Source of the DNA: Minisyncoccota bacterium
GTDB lineage: Bacteria; Patescibacteriota; Minisyncoccia; UBA6257; UBA9933
NCBI GenBank assembly: GCA_041653755.1
Contig: JBAZEU010000002.1
Coordinates: 16,707 to 80,706, forward strand
Reading direction: 5' to 3'
Length of the DNA stretch: 64,000 nucleotides
Shown: positions 48,372-58,194 of the stretch, one piece after another
Layout: each line of letters opens with the position of its first letter
How positions within the stretch are numbered: position 1 is the stretch's first letter
Program-made: the position numbers and the translations under genes
The notes under the pieces: generated by a model
What the model saw: only the letters and a program-made list of their open reading frames with translations
The model's database searches: none
What the model was told of the DNA's origin: nothing

Positions 48372-48824
48372 ATGAATTTAAATAAAGTTTTTATCATAGG
48401 ACGATTGACTGATGACCCGCAATTGCGGGCTACTCAGACCGGTACGCCAGTCGGCAGTTTTTCGCTTGCCACTAATCGTGTTTGGACCGACAAAAGCGGA
48501 ATGAAGCAGGAAGAAGCTGAATATCACAATATCGTAGTTTGGGGAAGACAAGCGGAAATTGCCAATCAATTCTTGAAAAAAGGAAGCGAGGCCTTAATCG
48601 AAGGAAGATTAAGGACAAGAACATGGCAGGATAAACAGGGGCAAAATCGAAGAACCACTGAAATAATTTGCGAAAGATTACAGCTTGGACAAAGACCGAT
48701 GGGGCAAGCTAGCGGTTCTAATTTTTCTCCTAAACCAGAGGTTGGAGCTCCAGCCCCGGTTCAAGACCTTCCGGAAATCAATATCGACGAAGAAGGAATT
48801 AAAGCAGAGGATTTGCCATTTTAA
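48372..48824 (+). CDS. ssb: single-stranded DNA-binding protein
   Basis: OB-fold NKVFIIGRLTDDP ... HNIVVWGRQAE and acidic DLPF C-terminal tail. Confidence 0.9.
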   Translation: MNLNKVFIIGRLTDDPQLRATQTGTPVGSFSLATNRVWTDKSGMKQEEAEYHNIVVWGRQAEIANQFLKKGSEALIEGRLRTRTWQDKQGQNRRTTEIICERLQLGQRPMGQASGSNFSPKPEVGAPAPVQDLPEINIDEEGIKAEDLPF

Positions 48825-48827
48825 AAT

Positions 48828-49025
48828 ATGCAGTGCTTTTTTTGTTCACAAAATTTAAAAGAAGTTGACTATAAAGATATTGAGCTTTTGAAGCGTTTTG
48901 TTTCCGGCCAGGCAAAAGTCATCGACCCTGTTCATACCGGCACTTGCGCCAAGCATCAAAGAAAATTAGCGCAGGCCATCAAACGCGCGCGTTATTTGGC
49001 GTTACTCCCGTTTGTGAGGAGATAA
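48828..49025 (+). CDS. rpsR: 30S ribosomal protein S18
   Basis: CFFC ... YKD ... LLKRFVS ... G ... TGTCAKHQRKLAQAIKRARYLALLP. Confidence 0.9.
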   Translation: MQCFFCSQNLKEVDYKDIELLKRFVSGQAKVIDPVHTGTCAKHQRKLAQAIKRARYLALLPFVRR

Positions 49026-49027
49026 AA

Positions 49028-49546
49028 ATGCTTTTCGACACAACAATCTTTAATTTCATCTTTGGCTTAGCCAGAAAGAGCAAGTTGCTCGATAGTTTAG
49101 GAATCTTTTTGGCAAAATATTTGCCGTATATTTTAGTTATCTTAGCGATTGTTTTAATCTTAAAAGAAAAAAACTGGAAAAATCAGGTTTATATTTTTTC
49201 TTTGATGGCGCTTTCAGTAATTTTAAGCAGGGGAATAATAACAGAAATAATTAAATTTTTTTGGCATAGAGAAAGACCTTTTGTGGCTATGAATTTTCAG
49301 CCGTTGGCGACGCCTTGGACTAATTGGTCTTTCCCTTCGGCTCACGCTGTGGCATTTTTTGCTCTAGCTTTCGCGATATTTTTAATAAGCAAGCATTTAG
49401 GGGTTTGGTTTATTGTTGGTGCGTGTTTAATAGGCCTAGCCAGAATTTTTATAGGCGTCCATTGGCCAACAGATATTTTAGGAGGGATTTTAGTTGCATT
49501 TATTAGTGTTTTGATTGTAAAAAAATTATTGCCGGGAGTAAGTTAA
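49028..49546 (+). CDS. PAP2-family phosphatase (undecaprenyl-diphosphatase-like)
   Basis: KxxxxxxRP (WHRERPF), PSGH-like PSAH, SRxxxxxHxxxD-like GVHWPTD; start at internal ATG after the rpsR stop. Confidence 0.7.
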   Translation: MLFDTTIFNFIFGLARKSKLLDSLGIFLAKYLPYILVILAIVLILKEKNWKNQVYIFSLMALSVILSRGIITEIIKFFWHRERPFVAMNFQPLATPWTNWSFPSAHAVAFFALAFAIFLISKHLGVWFIVGACLIGLARIFIGVHWPTDILGGILVAFISVLIVKKLLPGVS

Positions 49547-49568
49547 AAGCAATAGAAAATCTATTAAA

Positions 49569-49593
49569 AAACATCCATTATGGATGTTTTTTT
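49569..49593. terminator. bidirectional rho-independent terminator
   Basis: aacatcca-tta-tggatgtt hairpin flanked by A6 and T7 runs. Confidence 0.7.
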
Positions 49594-49594
49594 G

Positions 49595-49678
49595 TGCCCG
49601 GGGAGAGGGTCGAACTCTCACAATCTTGCGATTACAGGATTTTGAGTCCTGCGCGTCTGCCAGTTCCGCCACCCGGGC
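49595..49678 (-). tRNA. tRNA-Leu (anticodon CAA), type II
   Basis: Reverse complement GCCCGGGTGGCGGAACTGG ...; anticodon stem CAGGA/TCCTG with loop CTCAAAA; GAGTTCGACCC. Confidence 0.75.
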
Positions 49679-49731
49679 GAACTACTTATTTTTACCAAAA
49701 AATTCGCTTATAGTAAACAACTTTCGGTATT

Positions 49732-51741
49732 TTATTCTTCAATTTTTTGTCCTTCGGTTTCTGTTCCTGGTTTTTTCCAGCTTATGAAATCGCATTTTGG
49801 CCATATTGAACAGCCGTAAAACATCCTTCTTTTTTTAGTTCGTCTCATTACAACTTTTCCCTCCTTACATTTTGGGCACGGGCCTAAATCAATGGAATCG
49901 GAATATGACTTGGTGTTTTTGCATTCCGGAAAGCCGGAACAGGCCAAGAATTTTCCAAAACGGCCATATTTTACTATCATTGGTTTTCCGCATAGGTCGC
50001 AAGCTTTATCTATTTTTTCTTCAGTGAGCTCAACTTTTTCTACGATATTTATTTTCGCTTCAAGGTTTTTTATGAACGGCTCATAAAATTCTCTGATAAC
50101 CTTTTTCCACTCGATTTTTCCTTCCGCGATTTCATCTAACTCTTCTTCCATTTTCGCGGTGAAACTAATATCAACAATTTCAGGGAAGTGAGCAACTAAA
50201 AGCTTATTTACTGCTTCGCCGATTTCAGTCGGCACAAACTGCCTACTTTCGTTTTTAATAACGTAATTTCGGTCTTGGATAACGGATATTGTCGGTGCGT
50301 AAGTCGATGGCCGTCCAATACCATATTTTTCCAATATTTTGATAAGAGAAGCTTCATTATATCGGGCTGGGGGCTCGGTGAAGTGTTGATCTGGTTTAAC
50401 TTCAACTAGGTCTAATTTCTCGTTTTCAGAAAGCTCCGGCAATGATTTTTCTTCAAATTTAGTTTGCCAAACCTTTAAAAATCCATCGAAACGAAGCATG
50501 CTTCCATTAGTCTGCAGCTTATATGAATTTTTGTTTTTTGCTTCGATTTCTATTTTTGTTGAATCAAAGATTGCCTGCGGCAGCTGTGAAGCGATAAATC
50601 TTCTCCAGATTAAATCATAGAGTTTTGTTTCTTGTTTGCTTTCAGATTTAAAATCTTGCCCTGTTAAATCAGGACGAGTTGGTCTTATTGCTTCGTGCGC
50701 TTCTTGGGCAGTTTTTGATTTTGTCTTGAAAAATCTCGGCGCTTGGCTGGCATATTTTTCACCGAAGTTTTTTTCAATCCAGTTTTTTGTGGCAAGAACT
50801 GAATCTTTTGATAAGTTTAAAGAATCAGTTCTCATATAAGTAATTAGACCTTTTTCATAAAGGCCTTGGGCTAATCGCATCGTTTGTTTTGCGGAATATC
50901 CTAATCGGTTGGCTGATGCTTGTTGCAAGGACGAAGTTGTAAACGGCGTTGGCGGATTTTTAAAAATTTCTTTCTTTTCTATCGTTAAAATTTTTAAGTC
51001 GCATTTTTCTAAATCTTTCGCAATTTTTTCCGCTTCGTCTTTTGTCTTTATCCCTAATTTAGGAATTGGCTTATCGTTGATTTCCGATAGGTTTGCTAAA
51101 AATTGAGTTTTTTTATTTTTCGGCTGAAGCAATGTTTCAATTGTCCAGTATTCATCGGGCTTGAAATTTCTGATTTCATCTTCCCTTTCAACGATTAAGC
51201 GCAAGGCAACCGATTGAACCCGGCCGGCGGAAAGCCGTTTCATTATTTTTGCCCACAGGAAAGGGGAGAGCTTATAGCCAACTAAGCGATCAAGCACTCT
51301 TCTGCCTTGTTGGGCGTTTACCATGTTTAAATCAATGCTTCGCGGGGTTTTTAGCGCTTCTTCGATAGCTGGTTTGGTGATTTCGTGGAAAACAATACGT
51401 TCAACCTTTATTGGTTCTGAATTCTTAATTCTTAGTTCTTCATTCTCAAGCCCCAAGGCTTGAGTTAGGTGCCAAGCAATGGCTTCGCCTTCCCGGTCTT
51501 CGTCAGTGGCAAGAATGATTTTATCGGCTTTTTGAGATTCTTTTTTAAGAAAAGTAACCCGCTTTTTTGATTTAGTGGGTATGATATATTGGGGCTCAAA
51601 ATCTTTTTCAAGATCAACGCCTAATTTGCTTTTCGGCAAATCTCTGATGTGACCATAAGAGGATTCAACTTTATAGTCAGACCCAAGAAATTTTGAGATG
51701 GTTGTTGCTTTTGTCGGCGACTCTACGATTACTAATTTCAT
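49732..51741 (-). CDS. topA: DNA topoisomerase I
   Basis: TOPRIM KLVIVESPTKA ... E; type IA core; C-terminal C4 zinc ribbons. Confidence 0.9.
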   Translation of the reverse strand: MKLVIVESPTKATTISKFLGSDYKVESSYGHIRDLPKSKLGVDLEKDFEPQYIIPTKSKKRVTFLKKESQKADKIILATDEDREGEAIAWHLTQALGLENEELRIKNSEPIKVERIVFHEITKPAIEEALKTPRSIDLNMVNAQQGRRVLDRLVGYKLSPFLWAKIMKRLSAGRVQSVALRLIVEREDEIRNFKPDEYWTIETLLQPKNKKTQFLANLSEINDKPIPKLGIKTKDEAEKIAKDLEKCDLKILTIEKKEIFKNPPTPFTTSSLQQASANRLGYSAKQTMRLAQGLYEKGLITYMRTDSLNLSKDSVLATKNWIEKNFGEKYASQAPRFFKTKSKTAQEAHEAIRPTRPDLTGQDFKSESKQETKLYDLIWRRFIASQLPQAIFDSTKIEIEAKNKNSYKLQTNGSMLRFDGFLKVWQTKFEEKSLPELSENEKLDLVEVKPDQHFTEPPARYNEASLIKILEKYGIGRPSTYAPTISVIQDRNYVIKNESRQFVPTEIGEAVNKLLVAHFPEIVDISFTAKMEEELDEIAEGKIEWKKVIREFYEPFIKNLEAKINIVEKVELTEEKIDKACDLCGKPMIVKYGRFGKFLACSGFPECKNTKSYSDSIDLGPCPKCKEGKVVMRRTKKRRMFYGCSIWPKCDFISWKKPGTETEGQKIEE

Positions 51742-52799
51742 ATTATGAAACCTTTTTCTGTTTCTTTCACAATGCCTTCAATAATTAAGAAAGAAATTGC
51801 CTGGTTTGCGGCTTGCGGTTCCAGTTTAGCCAGAAAACTTATTTTGTCAATAGTTAGAGGTGTCCCAGATTCTTCTAATGCTTTCAGAATAGTGATTTGA
51901 TTTTTATCGCTAATACCATCAATAATTGATTTTTGTTTTTCCTTTTTCGCCTGCCTGCTGGTAGGCAAGGTTTTTGTTTCTATCCCCAAATCTTCTAAAA
52001 CATCTTTAGCCGAAGTAATTAGCCTTGCTCCCTCCCGGAGTAATTTTAACGAGCCGTCGTAATTTTTATTGTTTAACGGTCCAGGCACGACAAAAATTTC
52101 TCGATTTTGCTCAATTGCATACCGTGCGGTATTTAATGAACCGGATTCAAAAGGCGCTTCGATAATAATTATAGCGGTGGATAAGCCGCTAATTATTCTG
52201 TTCCTCGCAAGAAAATTATCGCGATACGTTGGAGAACCCAGCGGATATTCAGAAATGATGCAGCCGCCGGTTTCTAAAATTTGCTTGGCCAATCGGTGGT
52301 TTTGTCTCGGATAAAAACTTCCAATTTCATTTCCTAAAACTGCGATAGTTTTTGCTTTTGCCTTTAACGCGCCTAAATGGCTGGCGGAATCAATGCCTAG
52401 CGCCAATCCGCTGACAATCGTTAGCCCATTTTCTCCCAATTCTTTTGCAAAACATTCGGCAATGTCCCGACCGACAGTCGTTGCTTTTCTTGTGCCCACG
52501 ATAGCAATTCGTGTTTCGTTATTTTCGGGCAATTCGCCTTTAACGTAAATTCCTAAAGGCGGGAAGGGGATTTCTTTAAGCAGGGCAGGATATTCCTGAT
52601 CATCGGTTAGAATAAGGCGAATGTTTTGCCTTATAAGCTTTTGCCACTCATTATCAATATCAATTTTCCCGATTTTTCCCTCAAATGAGTTAAAAGCTTT
52701 CTCGTAAGACGTAAATTCGAGCTTTAATTTGCTTATAGTCTTATAATTGGCTTTCAGGATTAGGTTTAGCGCGTTAAAATATTTACTTTCTTTTTTCAT
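51738..52799 (-). CDS. dprA: DNA processing protein DprA
   Basis: Rossmann-like DprA core (TIVSGLALGIDSASHLGAL). Confidence 0.8.
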   Translation of the reverse strand: MKKESKYFNALNLILKANYKTISKLKLEFTSYEKAFNSFEGKIGKIDIDNEWQKLIRQNIRLILTDDQEYPALLKEIPFPPLGIYVKGELPENNETRIAIVGTRKATTVGRDIAECFAKELGENGLTIVSGLALGIDSASHLGALKAKAKTIAVLGNEIGSFYPRQNHRLAKQILETGGCIISEYPLGSPTYRDNFLARNRIISGLSTAIIIIEAPFESGSLNTARYAIEQNREIFVVPGPLNNKNYDGSLKLLREGARLITSAKDVLEDLGIETKTLPTSRQAKKEKQKSIIDGISDKNQITILKALEESGTPLTIDKISFLAKLEPQAANQAISFLIIEGIVKETEKGFII

Positions 52800-52838
52800 T
52801 TGCTTGCTGTTTTCATTATGGATATAATTAAAAGGTAG

Positions 52839-53363
52839 ATGGCTAGCTTCAATAAATCCCTTACAAAATCTTTTATGATAACATTGGTTATCGTTTTGAT
52901 TTTGATTGCAGGAATTTGGTACGTTTCAAAAGATATTAACAAAAGAGTAGCTTCAATTCAAAGCTTACAGAATCAAATAGCCGTAACTTTGGGAGAATCT
53001 TATTCTTTAGCCACTCTCCGGCCCGCTTCGATTAAAGCCAATGAAGTAATCCCGATTTTAGACACTTATTTAATAGATAAGGACGACGTGGTGGTTAATT
53101 TCAAATCAGCCATTGAAGCATTAGCTAAAGAAAACAAAATTACTTCCCTAAATTTTTCTTTTACCGGTGAAGGAATTTTAACCAGTGAAGGGTTCACAAG
53201 AACTAGTTTTAGCCTTAATTTCATCAGCGCTTACGATGATCTGATTAATTTTCTGAAATCAGCCGGAGATAGCCATTTTGTGATTAAATTTATTAATCCT
53301 GATATTTCGCAACAGGATGCAAGATATAATACTTCAATCTTCGGCCAAGTATTTTCTTTTTAA
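52839..53363 (+). CDS. hypothetical membrane-anchored protein
   Basis: N-terminal TM then soluble domain. Confidence 0.45.
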   Translation: MASFNKSLTKSFMITLVIVLILIAGIWYVSKDINKRVASIQSLQNQIAVTLGESYSLATLRPASIKANEVIPILDTYLIDKDDVVVNFKSAIEALAKENKITSLNFSFTGEGILTSEGFTRTSFSLNFISAYDDLINFLKSAGDSHFVIKFINPDISQQDARYNTSIFGQVFSF

Positions 53364-53369
53364 TCTTAT

Positions 53370-53663
53370 ATGCTTACCCAAGACAAAAAATTAATTACCT
53401 TTACAGTCATTACTCTTCTAATCATTTTAATAATGGTTGGCTGTGTGGCGTGGATGATCAGATATTTAACCGAAGGATTAAATCTGGCTTTGACCTATAG
53501 GGGTTCTGGCGATGGGAAAATTCAGGGATTTAATTTTGAGGGATTAAAAAACATTGGGATAAAAGAAATCAATGATATTCTAAATGCTACTTCAATGTCT
53601 ACTTCAACCACTCCAACGTCAACAAATTCGACCTCGACTTCGGCCACTTCAACCGATCATTAA
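53370..53663 (+). CDS. hypothetical membrane-anchored protein with Ser/Thr-rich C-terminus
   Basis: N-terminal TM; C-terminal STSTTPTSTNSTSTSATSTD low-complexity tail. Confidence 0.45.
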   Translation: MLTQDKKLITFTVITLLIILIMVGCVAWMIRYLTEGLNLALTYRGSGDGKIQGFNFEGLKNIGIKEINDILNATSMSTSTTPTSTNSTSTSATSTDH

Positions 53664-53717
53664 GTAAAAAGGTATTGCTGTTTTTTACCCTTTTTGGTAA
53701 GGTGGTAATTGTTTTTT

Positions 53718-53792
53718 GGGTGCGTAGTTCAGTGGTAGAACGCTGTCCTGATAAGACAGAGGTCGAAGGTCCGATTCCTTCCGCACCCACCA
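53718..53792 (+). tRNA. tRNA-Ile (anticodon GAT), CCA encoded
   Basis: Acceptor GGGTGCG/CGCACCC; anticodon stem CTGTC/GACAG with loop CTGATAA. Confidence 0.8.
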
Positions 53793-53793
53793 A

Positions 53794-53865
53794 GGGCGTT
53801 TAGCTCAGTGGTAGAGCGTTTCATTGACATTGAAAAGGTCAGAGGTCCGATCCCTCTAACGCCCA
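53794..53865 (+). tRNA. tRNA-Val (anticodon GAC)
   Basis: Acceptor GGGCGTT/AACGCCC; anticodon stem TTTCA/TGAAA with loop TTGACAT. Confidence 0.75.
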
Positions 53866-53893
53866 CAAAATCCCGATGTAGCGGGATTTTTTG
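53866..53893 (+). terminator. rho-independent terminator
   Basis: atcccg-atgtag-cgggat hairpin plus a T6 run. Confidence 0.65.
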
Positions 53894-53906
53894 ATACAAT
53901 ATAAAA

Positions 53907-54629
53907 ATGGAACCAAAGATTATTTACGAAGATGAAAATTTTATCGCGGTTAACAAGCCAGCGGGGATGCTGGTACATCCCATTAACGGCAGAGAGAAGG
54001 AACCAACCTTGGTAAGTTTTATTACTGAAAAATATCCTGAAATAAAAGATGTTGGTGATCAGCCCGAAACAAGGCCAGGCATTGTTCATCGTTTAGACAG
54101 AGATACTTCCGGAGTGATTTTAGTGGCGCGTAATCAAAGATATTTTGAATATCTAAAAAATCTTTTTCAAACCCGTCAGATTAAAAAAACTTATTTGGCT
54201 TTAGTGCTAGGGAAATTAGAACCGAAACAGGGGATTATTGAAAAGCCGATCAGCTTGAAAACAGGAAGCGTTAAAAGAACAGTTTGGGAAGGAAAAGATG
54301 CAAAACCGGCTGTTACAGAATATAAGGTTAAAAAATATTTCAGTTTTGACGGGCAAGATTATTCTTTAGTTGAAGCGTTTCCGAAAACCGGCCGAACCCA
54401 TCAAATTAGAATTCATTTTTCATCTACTGGCCATCCGATAATTGGCGATAAGCTTTACGGTTCTAAAAAATCGAATCCGCCAGCTGGCGAACCGTTCAAT
54501 TTGAACCGGCAATTCCTTCATGCCCAGTCATTAGAGTTTATTACCGAAGACGGCAAACGAATAAAAATAGAAGCTGATTTACCGGAGGAATTAAAGGAAA
54601 TTATTGACAGTTTAAGTAATAACCGATAA
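53907..54629 (+). CDS. RluA-family pseudouridine synthase
   Basis: HRLDRDTSGV catalytic-Asp motif. Confidence 0.8.
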   Translation: MEPKIIYEDENFIAVNKPAGMLVHPINGREKEPTLVSFITEKYPEIKDVGDQPETRPGIVHRLDRDTSGVILVARNQRYFEYLKNLFQTRQIKKTYLALVLGKLEPKQGIIEKPISLKTGSVKRTVWEGKDAKPAVTEYKVKKYFSFDGQDYSLVEAFPKTGRTHQIRIHFSSTGHPIIGDKLYGSKKSNPPAGEPFNLNRQFLHAQSLEFITEDGKRIKIEADLPEELKEIIDSLSNNR

Positions 54630-54642
54630 ACTGTAACCTGTC

Positions 54643-54942
54643 ATGGATGAAGCAATCTTAACCAAAATTAAATCAGGCGCTACAGTCAGGGTTCACGAGA
54701 AAAATGGCGGGACCTTTCAAGGGATTGTAATAGCGAGAAAGCACGGCAGCGAAATCGGCGCCACCTTTACGGTTAGGGCTGTTTTGGCTGGTGTTGGCGT
54801 TGAAAAAGTTTACCCAATTCATTCGCCTAATATAAAAGTAGATATTGTAAACTCTCCTAAAAAAGTTCATCGTTCAAAGCTCTATTTTGTTCGGGATCTT
54901 TCCAAGAAAAAATCTCGTCAGAAAATCGGCGTCGCGGCTTAA
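54643..54942 (+). CDS. rplS: 50S ribosomal protein L19
   Basis: GATVRVH ... GIVIARKH ... TFTVR bL19 pattern. Confidence 0.85.
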   Translation: MDEAILTKIKSGATVRVHEKNGGTFQGIVIARKHGSEIGATFTVRAVLAGVGVEKVYPIHSPNIKVDIVNSPKKVHRSKLYFVRDLSKKKSRQKIGVAA

Positions 54943-54945
54943 AAC

Positions 54946-55029
54946 GCGCGGGTGGCGAAACTGGCAGACGCACTACCTTGAGGTGGTAGCGCCCGCAAGG
55001 GCTTGGAGGTTCGAGTCCTCTCCCGCGCA
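54946..55029 (+). tRNA. tRNA-Leu (anticodon GAG), type II
   Basis: Acceptor GCGCGGG/CCCGCGC; anticodon stem CTACC/GGTAG with loop TTGAGGT; long variable arm. Confidence 0.75.
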
Positions 55030-55045
55030 CTTATACTTAAAAAAA

Positions 55046-55082
55046 GAAAACCCTAATTGCCAGAGGGCAATTAGGGTTTTTT
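55046..55082. terminator. bidirectional rho-independent terminator
   Basis: ccctaattgcc-aga-gggcaattaggg hairpin flanked by A- and T-runs. Confidence 0.7.
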
Positions 55083-55553
55083 GATACCAAGTATTTCTTG
55101 GGTCTTAACTACTTTCAAAACAAGCTCTTTTATCTCGATGCTTGAAAAATCAAGGAATGGGTTTTGGCCGTTGGTAATGTGTAATGCCGAGTTAAGTACC
55201 AGCGTTGATCCTTGAGGCGCGTTTGTCACTTTGGGTATAGTTTTAGTTTCTGACGTTTCTTGCAGCAGCTCTTCTTTGATAGATAAGCTCTTGGTTTGCG
55301 GTTCGTATGTCACTGCGATTAACTTTCCATTGTTGGTTATCTTTACAAAAAAATCTGCAATTTTGATGTTGGGAGCGTGGAAGATTGTCTCGGGGCCATT
55401 GAAGATGCGCAAGTTCGTCGGGTTAACTACTAATGTTGATCCTTGAGGCGCGGTGATTGTTTTTGCTGTGCTTGGCGTTTGTTGAATTGTCTCTTCTTTC
55501 ACGAGCAAGGATTTTGTTTCCTGGCTATATGTTACCGTGGCTATCATATCCAT
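55071..55553 (-). CDS. hypothetical protein built from two tandem copies of a roughly 70-aa domain
   Basis: Internal repeat: TITAPQGSTLVVNPTNLRIFNGPETI ... versus TIPKVTNAPQGSTLVLNSALHITNGQNPF ... Confidence 0.5.
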   Translation of the reverse strand: MDMIATVTYSQETKSLLVKEETIQQTPSTAKTITAPQGSTLVVNPTNLRIFNGPETIFHAPNIKIADFFVKITNNGKLIAVTYEPQTKSLSIKEELLQETSETKTIPKVTNAPQGSTLVLNSALHITNGQNPFLDFSSIEIKELVLKVVKTQEILGIKKP

Positions 55554-55683
55554 AATGTTCCTCCTGTTTTAAAAGAACGATATTTCTATCATTATGTAAG
55601 GGTAGATATTTTTTGTCAAGTACGGCTCTGGGTATACAAAAAGCCGAAAATTTATTAAACTGAAAACACTTATTCGACTAATT

Positions 55684-58089
55684 ATGAATTACAATCATCA
55701 AAAAATCGAGAAGAAATGGCAGGCCTATTGGGAAAAGAATAATTTTAATCGAGCCGAAGATTTTTCCAAAAAACCAAAATATTATTGTTTGGTTGAATTT
55801 CCTTATCCTTCCGGCGACGGGCTTCACATGGGACATTTGAGGAGTTATACGGCGATGGACATTGTTGCCAGAAAAAGAAGGATGGAGGGCTTTAATGTTT
55901 TATTCCCAATCGGCTGGGATGCTTTTGGTTTACCAACAGAGAATTACGCCATCAAAACTGGAATTCATCCCAAGATTGTTACTAAAAAAAACACGGATAC
56001 TTTTAGGAAACAATTAAAGTCATTGGGTTTTTCTTTCGATTGGGATAGAGAGATAGACACAACCGACCCGCAATACTATAAATGGACGCAGTGGATATTT
56101 TTACAGCTTTACAAAAAGGGATTAGCGTATAAAAAGAAAACTACGATAAATTGGTGTCCTTCTTGTAAAATTGGGTTAGCAAACGAAGAAGCTGTTGGTG
56201 GAAAATGCGAAAGATGCGGGACGCCAGTTGAGAAAAAAGAAAAAGAGCAGTGGATTTTAAAAATCACTGAATACGCAGAAAAATTATTAAAGGATTTGAA
56301 TTTAGTTGATTATTGGGAAAAGATAAAAATTCAGCAAGCAAATTGGATTGGAAAGTCAGAAGGTGCATCAATAGATTTTAAGATTCAAGGTTCAAGTTTT
56401 AAGATTCAAGTATTCACGACTCGTCCTGATACTTTATACGGCTGTACATATATGGTTTTGTCGCCGGAACATGAACTGGTTCAAAATCTTAAATCCGAAA
56501 TTTCAAATTTCTCCGAAGTTGAAAAATACATAAATGAAGCAAAAAATAAGTCTGATTTGCAGAGAACGGAAGAGAAGGAAAAAACGGGTGTTGAGTTGAA
56601 GGGGATAAAAGCGATTAATCCTGTTAACGGAAAAGAAATTCCGATTTTTGCGGCTGATTATGTTCTATCGTCTTATGGCACAGGAGCGATTATGGCTGTG
56701 CCGGCTCACGACCAGCGGGATTTTGATTTCGCAAGAAAATTTGGTTTAGAAATTATTCAGGTTATAGCTTCGAAATCTGGCGAAAAAGCTGATATCTCGA
56801 AAAAAGCTTTTGAAGAAGAAGGCACAACGATGAATTCGGAAGAATTTGACGGGATGGATAATAGAAAAGCAGGGGAGTTAATAGTTGGGAAAATCGGTGC
56901 TAAAAAAACCGTAAATTATAAACTTCGTGATTGGATTTTTTCCAGACAGCATTATTGGGGAGAACCAATACCAATTGTGTTTTGCGAGAAATGTGGAGAA
57001 GTTCCGGTCGACGAAAAAGATTTACCAGTAAAGCTTCCGGAAGTGAAAAAATATGAACCAACTGATACCGGTGAATCACCGCTAGCTGCTATCAAAGAAT
57101 GGGTAAATACGAAATGTCCGAAGTGCGGCGGACCGGCAAAAAGGGAAACTGATACAATGCCGAATTGGGCAGGTTCGTCTTGGTATTTTTTAAGATACAT
57201 TGATCCGAAAAACGATAAGTCATTTGCGGATTTCAAAAAATTAGAATATTGGACGCCTGTTGATTGGTACAATGGCGGGATGGAACATACCACTCTTCAT
57301 TTATTATATTCCCGTTTTTGGAATAAATTTTTATATGATATCGGCGTAGTTCCAACCACAGAGCCTTATAAAAAGAGGACTTCTCAGGGAATGATATTGG
57401 GAGAGGGCGGAGAAAAAATGTCTAAATCCAGAGGCAATGTTGTGAACCCCGACGATCTAGTAAAAGAATTCGGAACTGACGCGACAAGAGTATATGAGAT
57501 GTTTATCGGGCCCTTTGATCAAGCCATCGCTTGGGATCCGCACGGCATAGAAGGAGCATCAAGGTTTTTAAATAAGGTTTGGAATATCAGCCAAGAGAAG
57601 AAAATCAGCGAAGATGTAAACAATGAAGAAATCGAAAAAGAGATAAACAAAGCTATCAAGAAAGTAGGGGAAGATATCGAAATGATGAGATTCAATACGG
57701 CGGTGTCAACGTTGATGATATTTATAAATAAATGTTACGAGTTAGAAGAAATTCCGCTTTCCGTCTGGAAAAAGTTTTTGATAATCTTAGCTCCATTTGC
57801 GCCGCACATCAGCGAAGAATTATGGCAAATTATTGGCGACGAAAAGGAATCAGTTTCAAAGCAAAATTGGCCGAAATATGATGAAAAACTTATAAAAGAA
57901 GATAATTTCGACCTTATTATTCAGGTTAATGGCAAACTACGCCACAAAATCACGACTTCTAAGAACATTTCTCAAAAAGAAGCGGAAGAATTGGCGTTAG
58001 CGGAAGAAAAAATAAAAAATCTCGTCAGAGGCCAATCAATCAAAAAGATAATTTTCGTTAAAGATAAACTTATAAACATTGTTTTATAG
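55684..58089 (+). CDS. leuS: leucyl-tRNA synthetase
   Basis: HMGH (HIGH) and KMSKSRGN motifs; CP1 editing domain; 801 aa. Confidence 0.9.
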   Translation: MNYNHQKIEKKWQAYWEKNNFNRAEDFSKKPKYYCLVEFPYPSGDGLHMGHLRSYTAMDIVARKRRMEGFNVLFPIGWDAFGLPTENYAIKTGIHPKIVTKKNTDTFRKQLKSLGFSFDWDREIDTTDPQYYKWTQWIFLQLYKKGLAYKKKTTINWCPSCKIGLANEEAVGGKCERCGTPVEKKEKEQWILKITEYAEKLLKDLNLVDYWEKIKIQQANWIGKSEGASIDFKIQGSSFKIQVFTTRPDTLYGCTYMVLSPEHELVQNLKSEISNFSEVEKYINEAKNKSDLQRTEEKEKTGVELKGIKAINPVNGKEIPIFAADYVLSSYGTGAIMAVPAHDQRDFDFARKFGLEIIQVIASKSGEKADISKKAFEEEGTTMNSEEFDGMDNRKAGELIVGKIGAKKTVNYKLRDWIFSRQHYWGEPIPIVFCEKCGEVPVDEKDLPVKLPEVKKYEPTDTGESPLAAIKEWVNTKCPKCGGPAKRETDTMPNWAGSSWYFLRYIDPKNDKSFADFKKLEYWTPVDWYNGGMEHTTLHLLYSRFWNKFLYDIGVVPTTEPYKKRTSQGMILGEGGEKMSKSRGNVVNPDDLVKEFGTDATRVYEMFIGPFDQAIAWDPHGIEGASRFLNKVWNISQEKKISEDVNNEEIEKEINKAIKKVGEDIEMMRFNTAVSTLMIFINKCYELEEIPLSVWKKFLIILAPFAPHISEELWQIIGDEKESVSKQNWPKYDEKLIKEDNFDLIIQVNGKLRHKITTSKNISQKEAEELALAEEKIKNLVRGQSIKKIIFVKDKLINIVL

Positions 58090-58137
58090 ATATTTCTTTA
58101 TGATTTTGTTCAGGGTCTAGGTCTATTAGACATAAAG

Positions 58138-58169
58138 TTGCTATTTCTCGCGGCCGCGAGAAATAGCAA
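58138..58169. repeat. 32-bp perfect palindrome (contains GCGGCCGC) between convergent leuS and the htrA-like gene
   Basis: ttgctatttctcgcggccgcgagaaatagcaa is exactly self-complementary; weak flanking T-runs. Confidence 0.6.
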
Positions 58170-58194
58170 TAAGAAAAAACGAAAGATAAATCCT

